The notes beneath the pieces are model-generated. The model was not told where the DNA came from and made no database searches. It worked only from the letters and a program-made list of their open reading frames with translations. From Diadema antillarum (taxonomy: Eukaryota): a stretch of 64,000 nt of DNA. Shown here in pieces: positions 44,646 to 56,377 of the stretch; positions within the stretch are counted from its first letter, which is position 1, and the number at the start of each line of letters is the position of its first letter. The DNA is taken from positions 496,001 through 560,000 of the forward strand of contig NW_027270954.1 of NCBI RefSeq assembly GCF_040938485.1, given 5' to 3'. The position numbers were made by a program, and so were the translations under genes.

Positions 44646-45650
44646 GTTAATGGACTGTGGACAAAGGTGTTTTTCAGTCCGGAGTTCTCTTAATGGAGAG
44701 ACAATATACTTGCACTTGAGTCCCCGAATAACAGTCATCGTTCTTTACTATTGTACCTAACAAACTTTCTTTACAGGACGTATTAACAAATTTTTTGAAC
44801 TACGTTAATGGACTGACGACTTGGACTGTCGACAAAGGTGTTTTTTAGTCCGGAGTTCTCTTAATGGAGAGACAATAAACTTGTTCTTGAGTCCTCAAAT
44901 AACAGTCATCGTTCTTTACTATTATACCTAGCAAACTTTCTTTACAGTACGCATTATATTTGTACTGCGTTAATGGACAGGCGACAAAAGTGTTTTTCAG
45001 TCCGAAGTTCTCTTAATGGAGAGACAATAAACTTGTTCTTGAGTCCCCGAATAACAGTCATCGTTCTTTACTATTGTACCTAACAAACTTTCTTTACAGT
45101 GCGTATTAACCAATTTTTTTTGAACTACGTTAATGGACTGACGACTTGGACTGTCGACAAAGGTGTTTTTTAGTCCGAAGTTCTCTTAATGGAGAGACAA
45201 TAAACTTGTTCTTGAGTCCTCAAATAACAGTCATCGTTCTTTACTTTTATACCTAGCAAACTTTCTTTACAGTGCGCATTATATTTGTACTGCGTTAATG
45301 GACAGGGGACAAAAGTGTTTTTCAGTCCGGAATTCTCTTAATGGAGAGACAATAAACTTGTTCTTGAGTCCCCGAATAACAGTCATCGTTCTTTACTATT
45401 GTACCTAACAAACTTTCTTTACAGTGCGTATTAACCAATTTTTTTTTTTTTTTGAACTACGTTAATGGACTGACGACTTGGACTGTCGACAAAGGTGTTT
45501 TTTAGTCCGGAGTTCTCTTAATGGAGAGACAATAAACTTGTTCTTGAGTCCCCAAATAATAGTCATCGTTCTTTACTATTATACCTAGCAAACTTTCTTT
45601 ACAGTGCGCATTAACCGATATTTGTACTGCGTTAATGGACTGGGGACTTG
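44646..45650 (+). repeat. Tandem array of ~158-170-bp units with dimeric higher-order structure
   Basis: GTTAATGGAC starts at 44646, 44804, 44969, 45129, 45294, 45461 and 45631. Confidence 0.92.
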
Positions 45651-46103
45651 GACTGAAAAACACCTCATCTCTTCATCATGCATACTCACTCACTTCCCCC
45701 CTCCTCTTCTCTCACTAGCATGCAATTCAGTACATTTTGATCTTAGAGGCAAACAAATACCCATCCAAACACATATGCTCACTCATAGTTATCCAATCAA
45801 TGTCTCATAGTTATTTTTCAACGAAATATCTATAAGGAACAACGTAATAAGGACGGTAAAATGAAACAAGTTCTCTATATGATGTATTTTTTATTATTAT
45901 TCCTCATTCTCCTTTGACATTGACATTAAAAAAAAGAATAAAATAACATAAATTGTTTTTTTTCTTCAAATCAGTTAAGTCCACATAATTTCTCCATCGG
46001 TCTCCTGAATCTCGGCCTTTATTTTCTGTATTCATCTTGATTTAAAATAATCTTTCTTGTATAGCCTTCCTTTTTTTTTCTCCCATCGTTCAGCCGATCC
46101 ACT

Positions 46104-46649
46104 TCACCCTCTCACATGTTGCCCTTGAATGGCGTCGTTGATGTTCTTAATCACCGATGTAAAAGCTCTGAATTCCTCCATGGTGAGCGTGATTCCCTTC
46201 TTGGTAGGTAGTTCTTCGTGGTTTTTCTCAAAGTACTCACGAATGTCAATGTAAGTCTTGCTGCGGAACGTCTTGGCCACGATGTACTTCAGGCGGTCCG
46301 GTTTCACGCTGATGGACACTTTGCAAATAATTTTTGAATCATCCTCATCTTTCGTTCCCGGAGTATGGCTCGTAGGTTCGGGGTTCCCCGTGGTCTTCTT
46401 TCCTTGCACGTTTCCACCTCCTCTCATTCTTTTACGTGAAAGATCAACACGATGTTCACCTTCTTCCATGTTTTTCCGCTTAGACGACTGGGGAAAACAT
46501 GTTCCCTCCTCCATATATAGACGGTCTGGAGAATAGTCCACGGTGCAATCACTCCCGACTTCCCCCTGAATACTGCTCATGTCTTGCGAGCCTTCAGGCG
46601 ATGGGGCTGATGGCGTGTTATACACGTAGTTGTAATAACTCTGCTTCAT
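46104..46649 (-). CDS. PC4/Sub1-like ssDNA-binding domain protein, element A
   Basis: TFRSKTYIDIREYF...PTKKGITLTMEEF matches the PC4 fold signature (IDIREY...P.KKGI.L). Disordered N-terminus. Confidence 0.8.
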   Translation of the reverse strand: MKQSYYNYVYNTPSAPSPEGSQDMSSIQGEVGSDCTVDYSPDRLYMEEGTCFPQSSKRKNMEEGEHRVDLSRKRMRGGGNVQGKKTTGNPEPTSHTPGTKDEDDSKIICKVSISVKPDRLKYIVAKTFRSKTYIDIREYFEKNHEELPTKKGITLTMEEFRAFTSVIKNINDAIQGQHVRG

Positions 46650-46781
46650 TTTTCTCTCGTTCTTGTAGGACTGTTTCGTCTGGTTGACAAAATTGTGTCT
46701 GTTTCCTTCTCAGAGGGAAGGAGTATATATAACCATATATTATACGAATGCACTGTATGTATAAATCACACGTACTCCTGC

Positions 46782-47180
46782 ACACCTTCATGCAGCGTTC
46801 TATGTCATGACGTCACTTTCATGCCCCAACTCGTTCACCCTCTATTCACTATACACCTTTCTTTTTTTCTTTATTGTTTTCTCTTCTCAAAACAACCTAT
46901 GACGTCATTTATGCAAATGAATAAAGCTCCTGACGTCCTTATGAATATTTAAATGAGTGACGTCATTCATTTTCCAGTTCTCCTATCACGTTATTTATTT
47001 GATTAATTTTTTAATTTGATTTTATATCTTATTCATACTCATAATTTCATATTTATATATCCCATATTCATATTTCATAACTCATCGATCTATCATATTC
47101 ATATTCATATTCATATTTCATATTCTATTGTCCTAAACAATAGAATTAAGTTATGGCACCCGAGACATCATAATACTACT
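46782..47180 (-). repeat. Right TIR of Maverick A
   Basis: Reverse complement of 13303-13701. Confidence 0.95.
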
Positions 47181-47186
47181 GCTGTA
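47181..47186 (+). repeat. Right TSD of Maverick A (GCTGTA)
   Basis: Matches 13297-13302. Confidence 0.95.
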
Positions 47187-47454
47187 TCATGTGAAAATGT
47201 TTAAAACTGTACCATCCTGGAAAGTTGCTTTTATCACTTTTCCGCTTAATTTCCACAAATGAAACTAATATGGAATAATCTTCAAGTATAATTCTTTATT
47301 GATAGATATATCAGATTAGTGCCCGGGTATGCCCAGTCGAGTAATTTTCATCTTTATTTCAGCATTTTTTGCTCAATTTCTATTCGCGCATCCTCGTGTC
47401 TCTGCTCCCCCCTACCTTTTATAAGAAGGGACAGCGAAAAGTAATACATCACAA

Positions 47455-48545
47455 TAGTCCATGGGCCAAGACCCGAAAAATGGGTTGTTGGTACCATCTG
47501 AGGTGGCACAACCTTTTTGGTGTCATTTTGTTTGTCGGGCATAGATATGCTTATCAAGCTATGATAGCATTTCCAAATGAGTAGCTTAGTCATAATAAAT
47601 GAATTTTTAACCAATTTGGTCTCGTATTCATATCCCTATACTTCTGAATCGAAACTAAACCGCTATACAAAGAAGAGCACTGCCTTCTGTATGTCCACAG
47701 GTGTTTTGTTGTAAACGCGGTGCGCTTAGTCTTTATTCAAGGCAGCAAAGGGAATATCCCAAGGGTTATGATGTCCACAGCTGTCACGCGGTGCGCTTAG
47801 TTCTTTATCTAGACCAATGTACCGTTATCATATCTAAAGTTCCTCATAAAAGGGATTATCTATACTGTTTTTATACTACCCTATCAACAAATACATCAGT
47901 TTTAAACAAAAATCACTCTGTTCATTTACAATATCATTCATTATAATGAATCGTAGTGTACCGGTACATTGTTTTTGCATTATCTTATATTGTTGGAGGG
48001 AAATAAAGCGACATTGGCGTGGTATCAGCGTTTTCACCGTAGCGTTTTCACCGGAAAATGATAAATGATTGAAAAATACGGTAAAATTCACTATAAATTG
48101 CTTTTGCTGTTGTTATTGTTTTTAGATAAAAGGATATACACTGTATAATCATACGCTTTGGATATTCCCTTCGCCGTCTAGAATAAAGACTAAGCGCTGT
48201 GGACATCATAACCTTTGGATATTCCCTTCGCTGCCTTGAATAAAGACTAAGCGCACCGCGTTTACAACCGAACACCTGTGGACATACCATAAAGCTGCAT
48301 TTTACAGCTCTATGGAACATACAGAAGACAGTGCTGTTCTTTGTATGGCGGTTAGTTTCGATTCAGAAGTATAGGGATATAACAACGAGACCAAATTGGT
48401 TAAAAATTCATTTACTATGACTAAGCTACTCATTTGGAAATGCTATCATAGCTTGATAAGCATATCTATGCCCGACAAACAAAATGACACCAAAAAGGTT
48501 TTGCCACCTCAGATGGTACCAATATCTGGCCTGGCCCATGGACTA
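47455..48545. mobile_element. MITE/foldback-like element, copy 2 (opposite orientation to 2914-4072)
   Basis: Same TAGTCCATGGGCC termini. The two distinguishable ends are swapped relative to copy 1. Confidence 0.75.
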
Positions 48546-48974
48546 AAAGACATATCTTCCTTTGAAAGGGGCTGGTGATTATGCAATGAGACACGAGTCA
48601 ATTGTCTTCCTATCTGAGCGGCAGATCCAGTTTGCCACATGCTTCAAATATTTTTGAGCAGCGGCTTCGAACATCTAGCAAAGGAAATAAGATGGTTGTG
48701 ACTCCATTCTCTAGAACCTCCTTGCTTCCATACACACCAATTGACTTCTGTGCAAATTTAAAGTTTTGTACAGAGGGTTGAAAATAGAGCAAAATCTGAA
48801 ACCTAGCTGAAAAATTAATGTTTAATTTAATGAAACTGAATTATGCTGTCATTTTGAAATTGCCTCCAACAAAATTGTAAACTATTCAGCTATTGCTCAT
48901 ATCAATGTCAGCGTTATCTGATGTATAGTTTTTGAACTATTAAGGATCAAAAGTGGGAAATGTTTTTTGTAACA

Positions 48975-49535
48975 CCTAATATTTAGGGGTGTCATTTTCC
49001 AATATTTGTAATCGATATACGTGGCTTTTACATAGGATAGCGTTGTGTCTTGGAGTTTGAGTTGAGTTTGCATTGATTACTCAGTAGTATTTCGGCCCTT
49101 AATGATCGATCATTAAAATCCGTATTTTTGTGCCTCATTCTGTTCTACATTTTCTGAATTTTCAAAGCAAAAAAAAAAATGTAAACGACATCTGTTTGGT
49201 CAGAAAAATATGAATTCGATGATATTTGTACAAAATGGTTTTCCGAGTTTTTGCTGACTGTTGACTTGAGATGCTTGAAGTAGCAAGTAAACGTGACGTT
49301 AGTCATTCTTCGATAGGATGGATTTACTTGATCGATATCTGTTTCGAGACGACTAAGTGGCCCAGGAAGAGAAACAGGCCCCAGGTGCTGTAATTCACCC
49401 TAATTTTCACCGCTAACGGTTTGTATTAGTGTGCATTAATTAGTATTTTGCGTTAGTTTGCATTAATTAGTAGTTCGCATTGAGTTTACATTGAGTTTGC
49501 ATTAGTTTGCATTAGTTTGCGTCAATTAGTAGGAC
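48975..49535 (-). repeat. Reverse-complement copy of the 6556-7320 repeat family
   Basis: Shared GATATCTGTTTCGAGACGACTAAGTGG, CACCGCTAACGGTTTGTATTAG and AGTTTGCAT repeats. Confidence 0.7.
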
Positions 49536-49542
49536 CCCATTA

Positions 49543-51229
49543 AACTGCACATTACTTGAATATGATACCATTCTGAAGCAAATAATTTCACACAACAATA
49601 GACATAATGTACTCTTAAATGAATCCCGCAAGGATTGGAACAATCATCCCCCAGCATTCCCATGATTCCCACTGATCATTTACTAGCCATCCCCTTTAAA
49701 CGCATTTAACCACAAAATCAGAGTGGCGATAATATACGTGATTGTCAATCTTCAAAAGAAGTCTTTATTCCATCATTTCCTTTTACCATGACAATCCTAT
49801 ATCCTACCGCATTAAGGCTAAAACATAAACACTTTGTCATTGCATTACAATACTAAGTAGACATGGAAGCAAACAATCCCCTTCTAACACTTGTAAATCA
49901 CAAAATTTGCGACCCTCACGGTAAATTTCACATAATAATTGTTTTTGTGTCACTGACTAAAAGTCTCTTCCTTCAGCAATGAATTAGGTAGAACTGCATT
50001 ACTATCTGATCCCAAAAAGTAAACAAGATGTATACAATCCTTCCTCGTAGATGTACCTGTTGTTATGACCAATCCACATGCATTCAATGTCGTTACGTAT
50101 TTACAAGAGTGGTTTTCATTTTCGCTATCTTGACGACTTTTGATTTGCATTTAAAGTGCGCACTTTGATGTGGTAGTCATATATATTCCTCTTCATGTAT
50201 TTGCCATCACAAGTTTGAGTTCGAGACCAATTTGAAAAAAACAAAAACAAATGAAATCTTTTTTTTAAATGTGGGTATATTTATGTGAATAAAAAGACAG
50301 TTTGATGTATAAAAGAAATACATCATTTTGATTGTAAGACACAAAGTTTAACTTACATGCAGTTTAATGCCCCGTCACTGTAAAGGCATGCTAACCTGGA
50401 AACATTGAACTGCACATTACCTAAATATGATACCATTCTGAAGCAAATAATTTAACACAACAATAGACATAATGTACTCTTAAATGAATTCCACAAGGAT
50501 TGGAACAATCATCCCCCAGCATTCCCATGATTCCCACTGATCAGTTACTAGCCATCCCCTTTAAACGCATTTAACCATAAAATCAGAGTAGCGATGATAT
50601 ACGTGATTGTCAATCTTCAAAAGAAGTCTTTATTCCATCATTTCCTTTTACCATGACAATCATATATCCTACCGCATTAAGGCTAAAACATAAACACTTT
50701 GTCATTGCATTACAACACTAAGTAGACATGGAAGCAAACAATCCCCTTTTAACACTTGTAAATCACAAAATTTGCGACCCTCACGGTAAATTTCACGTAA
50801 TAATTGTTTTTGTGTCACTGACTAAAAGTCTCTTCCGTCAGCAATGAATTAGGTAGAACTGCATTACTATCTGGTCCCAAAAAGTAAACGAGATGTATAC
50901 AATCCTTCCTCGTAGATGTACCTGTTGTTATGACCAATCCACATACATTCAATGTCGTTACGTATTTACAAGAGTGGTTTTCATTTTCGCCATCATGACG
51001 ACTTTTAATTTGCATTTAAAGTGCGCACTTTGATGTGGTATAGTCACATATATTCCTCTTCATGTATTTGCCAAGTTTGAGTTCGAGACCAATTTGAAAA
51101 AAACAAACAAACAAACAAACAAACAAATGATTTTTTTTTAAATGTGGGTATATCAATGTGAATAAAAAGTCAGTTTGATGTATAAAAGAAATACATTATT
51201 TTGATTGTAAGACACAAAGTTTAACTTAC
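49543..51229 (+). repeat. ~865-bp tandem duplication (49543-50356 / 50408-51229)
   Basis: Two highly similar consecutive units. Duplicated spurious ORFs at 49950 and 50815 are offset by 865 bp. Confidence 0.9.
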
Positions 51230-52680
51230 GTACACGGGACACTGTCATTGATTGCTGCGCGCGTTCTAGTTCATTGTACATTTGTAGATAATAATACATT
51301 TCCGTCTTTTCTAATGTGTAAATATGTGTGGTTTTGGATGAATGAAATAAATACCAGTATATGGCCTATGTACTTGACTACCGTACTGTCACAACCGTCA
51401 GTGCGGTGGTTGTTTTTGTTGGAAGAAATGACACACTTGCACATTAGACCATGATTTACTAGTATTCTTTTTAGCTCCGTGTAAATGAATATAAAAAGAT
51501 AAAAAATGTGTGTTAGTACAGTCGAGAGACATATTTGAAGATATATTTATAGTGTCCATGCCCAATCCCCTCCAAGTGTTCTGATGTAAAATAGGTAAAA
51601 ATCATTTTAGGAAGTTATACGTCTGAAGTTCAACGGTGATTGTTCAATAATTGTTATTAGGACTTCATTAGCAAACAACACAAAGTGCAGTAAAAAAAAC
51701 CTCAGGGAACTTGAATTGCCATTTCTTCTTTAGTTATTGTTATTCGGACATCACTGTTTAACACTCACGTGGACACTTTCTCAAAATATTTTTTCTTTCA
51801 CTGTCCATGATAAAAACTATTCACATAGCAACACATTGGTATATTTTTTCCCGCCCCTCTAGCAAGTATAAGATAAATCTTTTAGTCCAGAAATCTTCCA
51901 CCTTAGCTCTGCAGCTTTGCAATTACATATATTTCAATGCAGATACTGATCGGCATATAAGGGCATGCATCTAAACAAGGCTAACTGGCAAGGAATCGAA
52001 GGGGAGGAAAGAGACGAAGATTCGAACGACAAATAAAGATAAATAGAGGAAGCAGAAGAAGAACAAGAGGAAGAAAGAAAAGATTACGACGAAAATGTAT
52101 ACGCGATTAAAATGAATTCATAGCACTTAAAAAAGGAGTTTAACATACAGGATAGAAAAACGAGAAAAAAGAGTTGGATAAGAATTATAAGAAGTTTGGA
52201 CGGTGATTTGGCGCAGTCGCTACATAATAAGAGCGTCTGCCTTCCAGTCCATATGACACGGGTTCGAATCCAGAGTCTAGCTCAGCAATGTTGTGTGTAA
52301 TCATAGGCAAAACACTCTGTCCCTAGTATGGAGCTCCCGTGTGTGAGAGAGTCACAACTCGTGCACGTGAAAAAAACAAAACAAAACAAAAACACGCCAT
52401 ATTCATTCATTGCAAAAAGCAGGGTCCATAATAAACCCGGTGAAGTGGTCCGCCTCATATCAAACTGGACCCCCACGGTAGACCAGCTATAGTGCAGCTA
52501 AATTTGTCCTTTCCAGCCCTCTTCTCAGAAAAAAAAAATAAAATTAATGAACAAGCAGGAAAAGTCCCCCCCCCCCCAATAAAAAAAAAGAAAAATAGAA
52601 CAGAAAAAAAAACTTTAAAAAATCACAAAACAAAACAAAACAGGAAGTAGAAAATAAAAGATCGAAAAGACTCTACAACT

Positions 52681-52817
52681 TCAGAAGATGGTAATTTTTC
52701 TCTTATTCATCACCACAGTCGCACAGGTCATCATCGATATGAGCAACACGACGACGAGCAGGGCGTACGTGGTCGACGGCTGCTGAAGAACTCCACGACG
52801 AGGACCAGCAATCGGAC
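52681..52817 (-). CDS. Host receptor gene: last coding exon (TM plus short tail)
   Basis: Polypyrimidine...TTACAG acceptor, phase 1. GPIAG...YALLVVVLLISMMTCATVVMNKRKITIF*. Confidence 0.6.
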
Positions 52818-53319
52818 CTGTAAGCCAGACCCAAAATGGAAAAAAAAAGAAGATGGCATCATTAAGACAAAACACACAGGGAAAAAAGTTTGTCAAAGGT
52901 TAAACAACCAAAGCCCATTGCTTTTTTTTTTGTAATGTCATGTGTCGCACATATTTGACCTGTAAAGCAATCAGGTCCAAACATAAAAGAAAAAAGACGG
53001 CATCTTTAAAGACAGAATGCACAGAAAAAAAAAAAACCGCTTGTCGAAGATTAAACAACCAAAGCCCTGACCATGATGCCACACATACGTCATAACATTT
53101 GCCTTTTTAATGTCATGTATCACCATGGTGATATTTAGAATTTCATATTATGCATTCAATGTGAGTAGAGAGAAGGAAGGCGTGCGTCAAGTCGGCAGTT
53201 ATGCATCCATGCTTTCTGGCATATTTCGTTACATATTTTTTTACGCTTTCTCTCTAGGTTGCAGGAAACAAAATGGCAGCTTTATGCAAAAAAAAAAAAG
53301 TAAATGAAATAGATAATAC

Positions 53320-53619
53320 CTTTCTCTGAGTCGAAAGTCGGACAGTACTCGTGACTGGTGAAGGTCCAACCAATCCCGTTCGTCCCCGAGCACGTGACAT
53401 TGATGCACCTGTTGTGTGGGCGTGGTCTGAAGACAGCTGAGGCGTAGCTGGACGTGGAGAGCGTGGCGTTGTCGACTTCGATGGCGTATGTGTGAAGGTG
53501 TGGGAACGGCTGGTCATGAAGACTAACGTGACACGTGATGACGAGAATGACCTGACCTCCTTCTCCTATGATCTCTTGGATCTTGATGGAGAGAATGTTA
53601 CTCGCTGGGGGCGCTTGAC
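53320..53619 (-). CDS. Host receptor gene: Ig-like exon
   Basis: TTCTCAG acceptor and GTATTA donor, phase 1-1. ITCHV...Y.I.VD...INVTCSGTNGIG. Paralogous to the adjacent exon at 54327-54608. Confidence 0.7.
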
Positions 53620-54326
53620 CTGAGAAAGCAAGCATAAAATCAGTCCTTTTGACTTTTTCCCCTCGTCAGTTGTGTCTTTAACATCCAGAAAGATTGCATT
53701 TTCGCGCAGCGGTATACAAACAAACAGAAAAAAAAAAACCGCTGGAAGGTGAAAATCAATTCTAGGCGAATTATAACCATAAAATCATAAGTGAGACTCG
53801 TCATGAACGTTATCCTCGTTAAAGGAGTAATAAATGTATTGTCAGTGATAGTCCTTACAGCAATTGCACTTGTTGCAGTAGCAATACGTTGAACACTTAA
53901 AAAGCAGTCATGCATGTAATACAATGTATCAGAGACACTCATAATATTTCACGCACAATCACTCTTCTCCATGTCATAGAAGTATTGATATTATATTTAT
54001 AACACATGATCATATTAATACCAACTAAACACTGTTAGCATTTTCTTCATTTTAGCACTGCCAAGACGTGTCGCCACTAACGTTCATGTATCATTCACCA
54101 ATAAGGAATAATTGTCAACAAAAATACTACTATCATATCAGAGCAGGAATTAAAGTAATTTGGTAGACGGTTAAGATGGATCTAGCTTCAAATGGATTTG
54201 TGTATTTCAAATGTGCTTCGTGTATCAATAGAATAAGATGCCAAAAAAGAAGACACCACGCTGATTCATAAGCTGTCTAATGTCAATGACACAAAACTGG
54301 TTAGCTATCACAGATTATTGTCTTAC

Positions 54327-54608
54327 CACCGCTTCTTGGACAGTAGGTCTCTGTGGTGGTCGTCCTACCGATGTCGTTGATACCGGTGCAGGAGATTTCA
54401 ACGCATTCACTCGGAATGGACTCAAGGGTCACGGACGGGGAGCTTGAAGATGCCTGAATGACGTCATCAATTGCAATCTCGTATGTTCCCATTGGTGGAA
54501 ATGGCTGGTCACGTGGGTTGACGTGACACGTGATCCTTAGGCCATTGGCTCCTTGTCCGTCCTCGTTGTCAGCGATCTTGATCCAGATGATATCGTCTGC
54601 TGGAGCGT
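54327..54608 (-). CDS. Host receptor gene: Ig-like exon
   Basis: GACAG acceptor and GTAAGA donor, phase 1-1. ITCHV...VEISCTGINDIG. Confidence 0.7.
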
Positions 54609-55321
54609 CTGTCACGTGGGTAAAGGCGGACGATCGAATGGTATAACTCCTTCTCATTGAGATATACTATCTTCACACAAACATACACACACATGATAAT
54701 AAATACTCATACATGCATTATGAACATACCTTTATCAAAATAAAAAATCTACATGATACACGACAATGATTAAAAAACAAGGATTCGGTGTTATTAGTGT
54801 GGCAAAGCATAATTATACTGTTTTGTACTTGTATTGCTTCAAAAATAAGCAAACTGTGAATGTAATGTTGAGCGTCAACAGATATACCCGGGAAAGCATC
54901 AACAAAGAAGATTGTAAGCTGGGTAAATGATTTTATAGCAGGGTTTGAAAGTTCATCTTAAATCACATAATTGGCGTACAGGTGAGATTTCCAAATTCGT
55001 GTCTTGCTAGGCCTACTACAATGGCAGTAAGGTCTTTTTTGATACACAGGTGTTCTTTCTCCACCTACATGAGAATTAACAATTCATTGTTTATGCTTTG
55101 CTATCGTAGACATCTCGGAACAATAGCTGCAACTAATCTCAGGGATTTTATGTGAGTATGACGTCATCGTATGCCTGCAAAATATCGTAGCTTTCCTCAT
55201 CACATGCTCACAGAAAAGTCACCAAGTGGAGAGGATGGTGAACGTTTAGACATAGCGTCATTGTGACTTGCCGCATGTTCCAATGCCTATGGAGTTAGAT
55301 ACTCAACAAAAGTGTACTTAC

Positions 55322-55510
55322 GCTGCACTTGCAAGTTTCGGGACCTTTCGCTGCCAATGAGATGACACTGAAGGACACCCCCATTGTCAGCTGCAGTTGG
55401 AGTTAACGTCAGGTTGCTACGAACGTTGTAATATGTGAAATAATTGAAACCGTAGCCGAGACCCGAGTTAATGGACTCGTTTGCATACGTAGCAACAGCA
55501 TTATCGCTTC
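55322..55510 (-). CDS. Host receptor gene: exon encoding the second half of an Ig C2-type domain
   Basis: Strong acceptor (TTTTCTCTGTTTCTCATCCAAAG) and GTAAGT donor, phase 1-1. SNLTLTPTAADNGGVLQC. Confidence 0.65.
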
Positions 55511-56068
55511 CTTTGGATGAGAAACAGAGAAAAAAAAGACATCAACAAAGAGAATGGAGTTTGAGTAACATTGGAGATAACATCAAAAGATTGACGATTG
55601 TATGTATATCATTAATATAAACGAAGGTATACAGACTGAGTAAAATCTTGAGTGAGTCGTAAAATTAATTCGAAACAGCATTTGTCATTGGATCTCGCAT
55701 CCTGTTCGGTGTACATGGTGTATTTCAAAGTTTGTATCTGCAATCATGTGTAGTTTTCAAAAAGCTACTCATTAAATTCTCACTTTTCTTAATTTGTTAT
55801 TGTTTGATACCGTAATTAAGCTCCTCGTGTTAAATCAGAAATCTTATTTGAATTTGGCTATAAGAAATCAACATAATCACTATTCTTTACGCGATACTAT
55901 AAGATAGATCCCCTCTTCCTTAGTCGATTGTCATAGATTAAACGCTCTGGCAATTTCCAAAATAATGGTTTTCTTTGTCACTTATCTAGTATAACCATAA
56001 TATCGGCCATTCCACTTCGCTATGCATGCAGCTGAAATAAAACACGTAAATTAGTGGAGCAAACTTAC

Positions 56069-56377
56069 GGTCTCCCGCACATCTCACTCCTGCGTCTTCA
56101 CTATGATCACAATTGTGACATCCCCATAGCAGACGAGGGCAATCAGTCAGGGAGTTTTCCCTTCCAGCACAGGCAACGTTGTCAAGCCAGATAGGTCCAG
56201 ATCCCTGCCCAAAGTGGGCTTGGATGAAATGAGCTGAGGCGGATGAGTAGCCAAGGTCTCTGCAAACGGCGTGCGCGTCGTTGATATCCCAGACATCGTC
56301 ACACACCGTGCCCCACTGCCCGTTACATGATATCTCAACTCGCCCCTCTCTTTCCTCCGATCCACCAACCAGCCTCA
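56069..56377 (-). CDS. Host gene: SRCR domain exon
   Basis: VRLVGG...EGRVEI...WGTVCDD.WD...VCR.LG...IWLDNV.C.G.E..L..C...HNCDHSEDAGVRC. TACAG acceptor and GTAAGT donor, phase 1-1. Confidence 0.9.

Larger units (their letters stand above)
13303..47180 (+). mobile_element. Maverick/Polinton (adintovirus-like) element A, outer element
   Basis: AGTAGT...ACTACT termini, 399-bp TIRs, 6-bp TSD. Encodes rve integrase, minor and major capsid proteins, cysteine protease, packaging ATPase and pPolB. Confidence 0.97.

Noticed and set aside
44646-45650. Array considered as CRISPR-like
   Set aside because: No unique spacers, eukaryotic context, and units are whole-length repeats.
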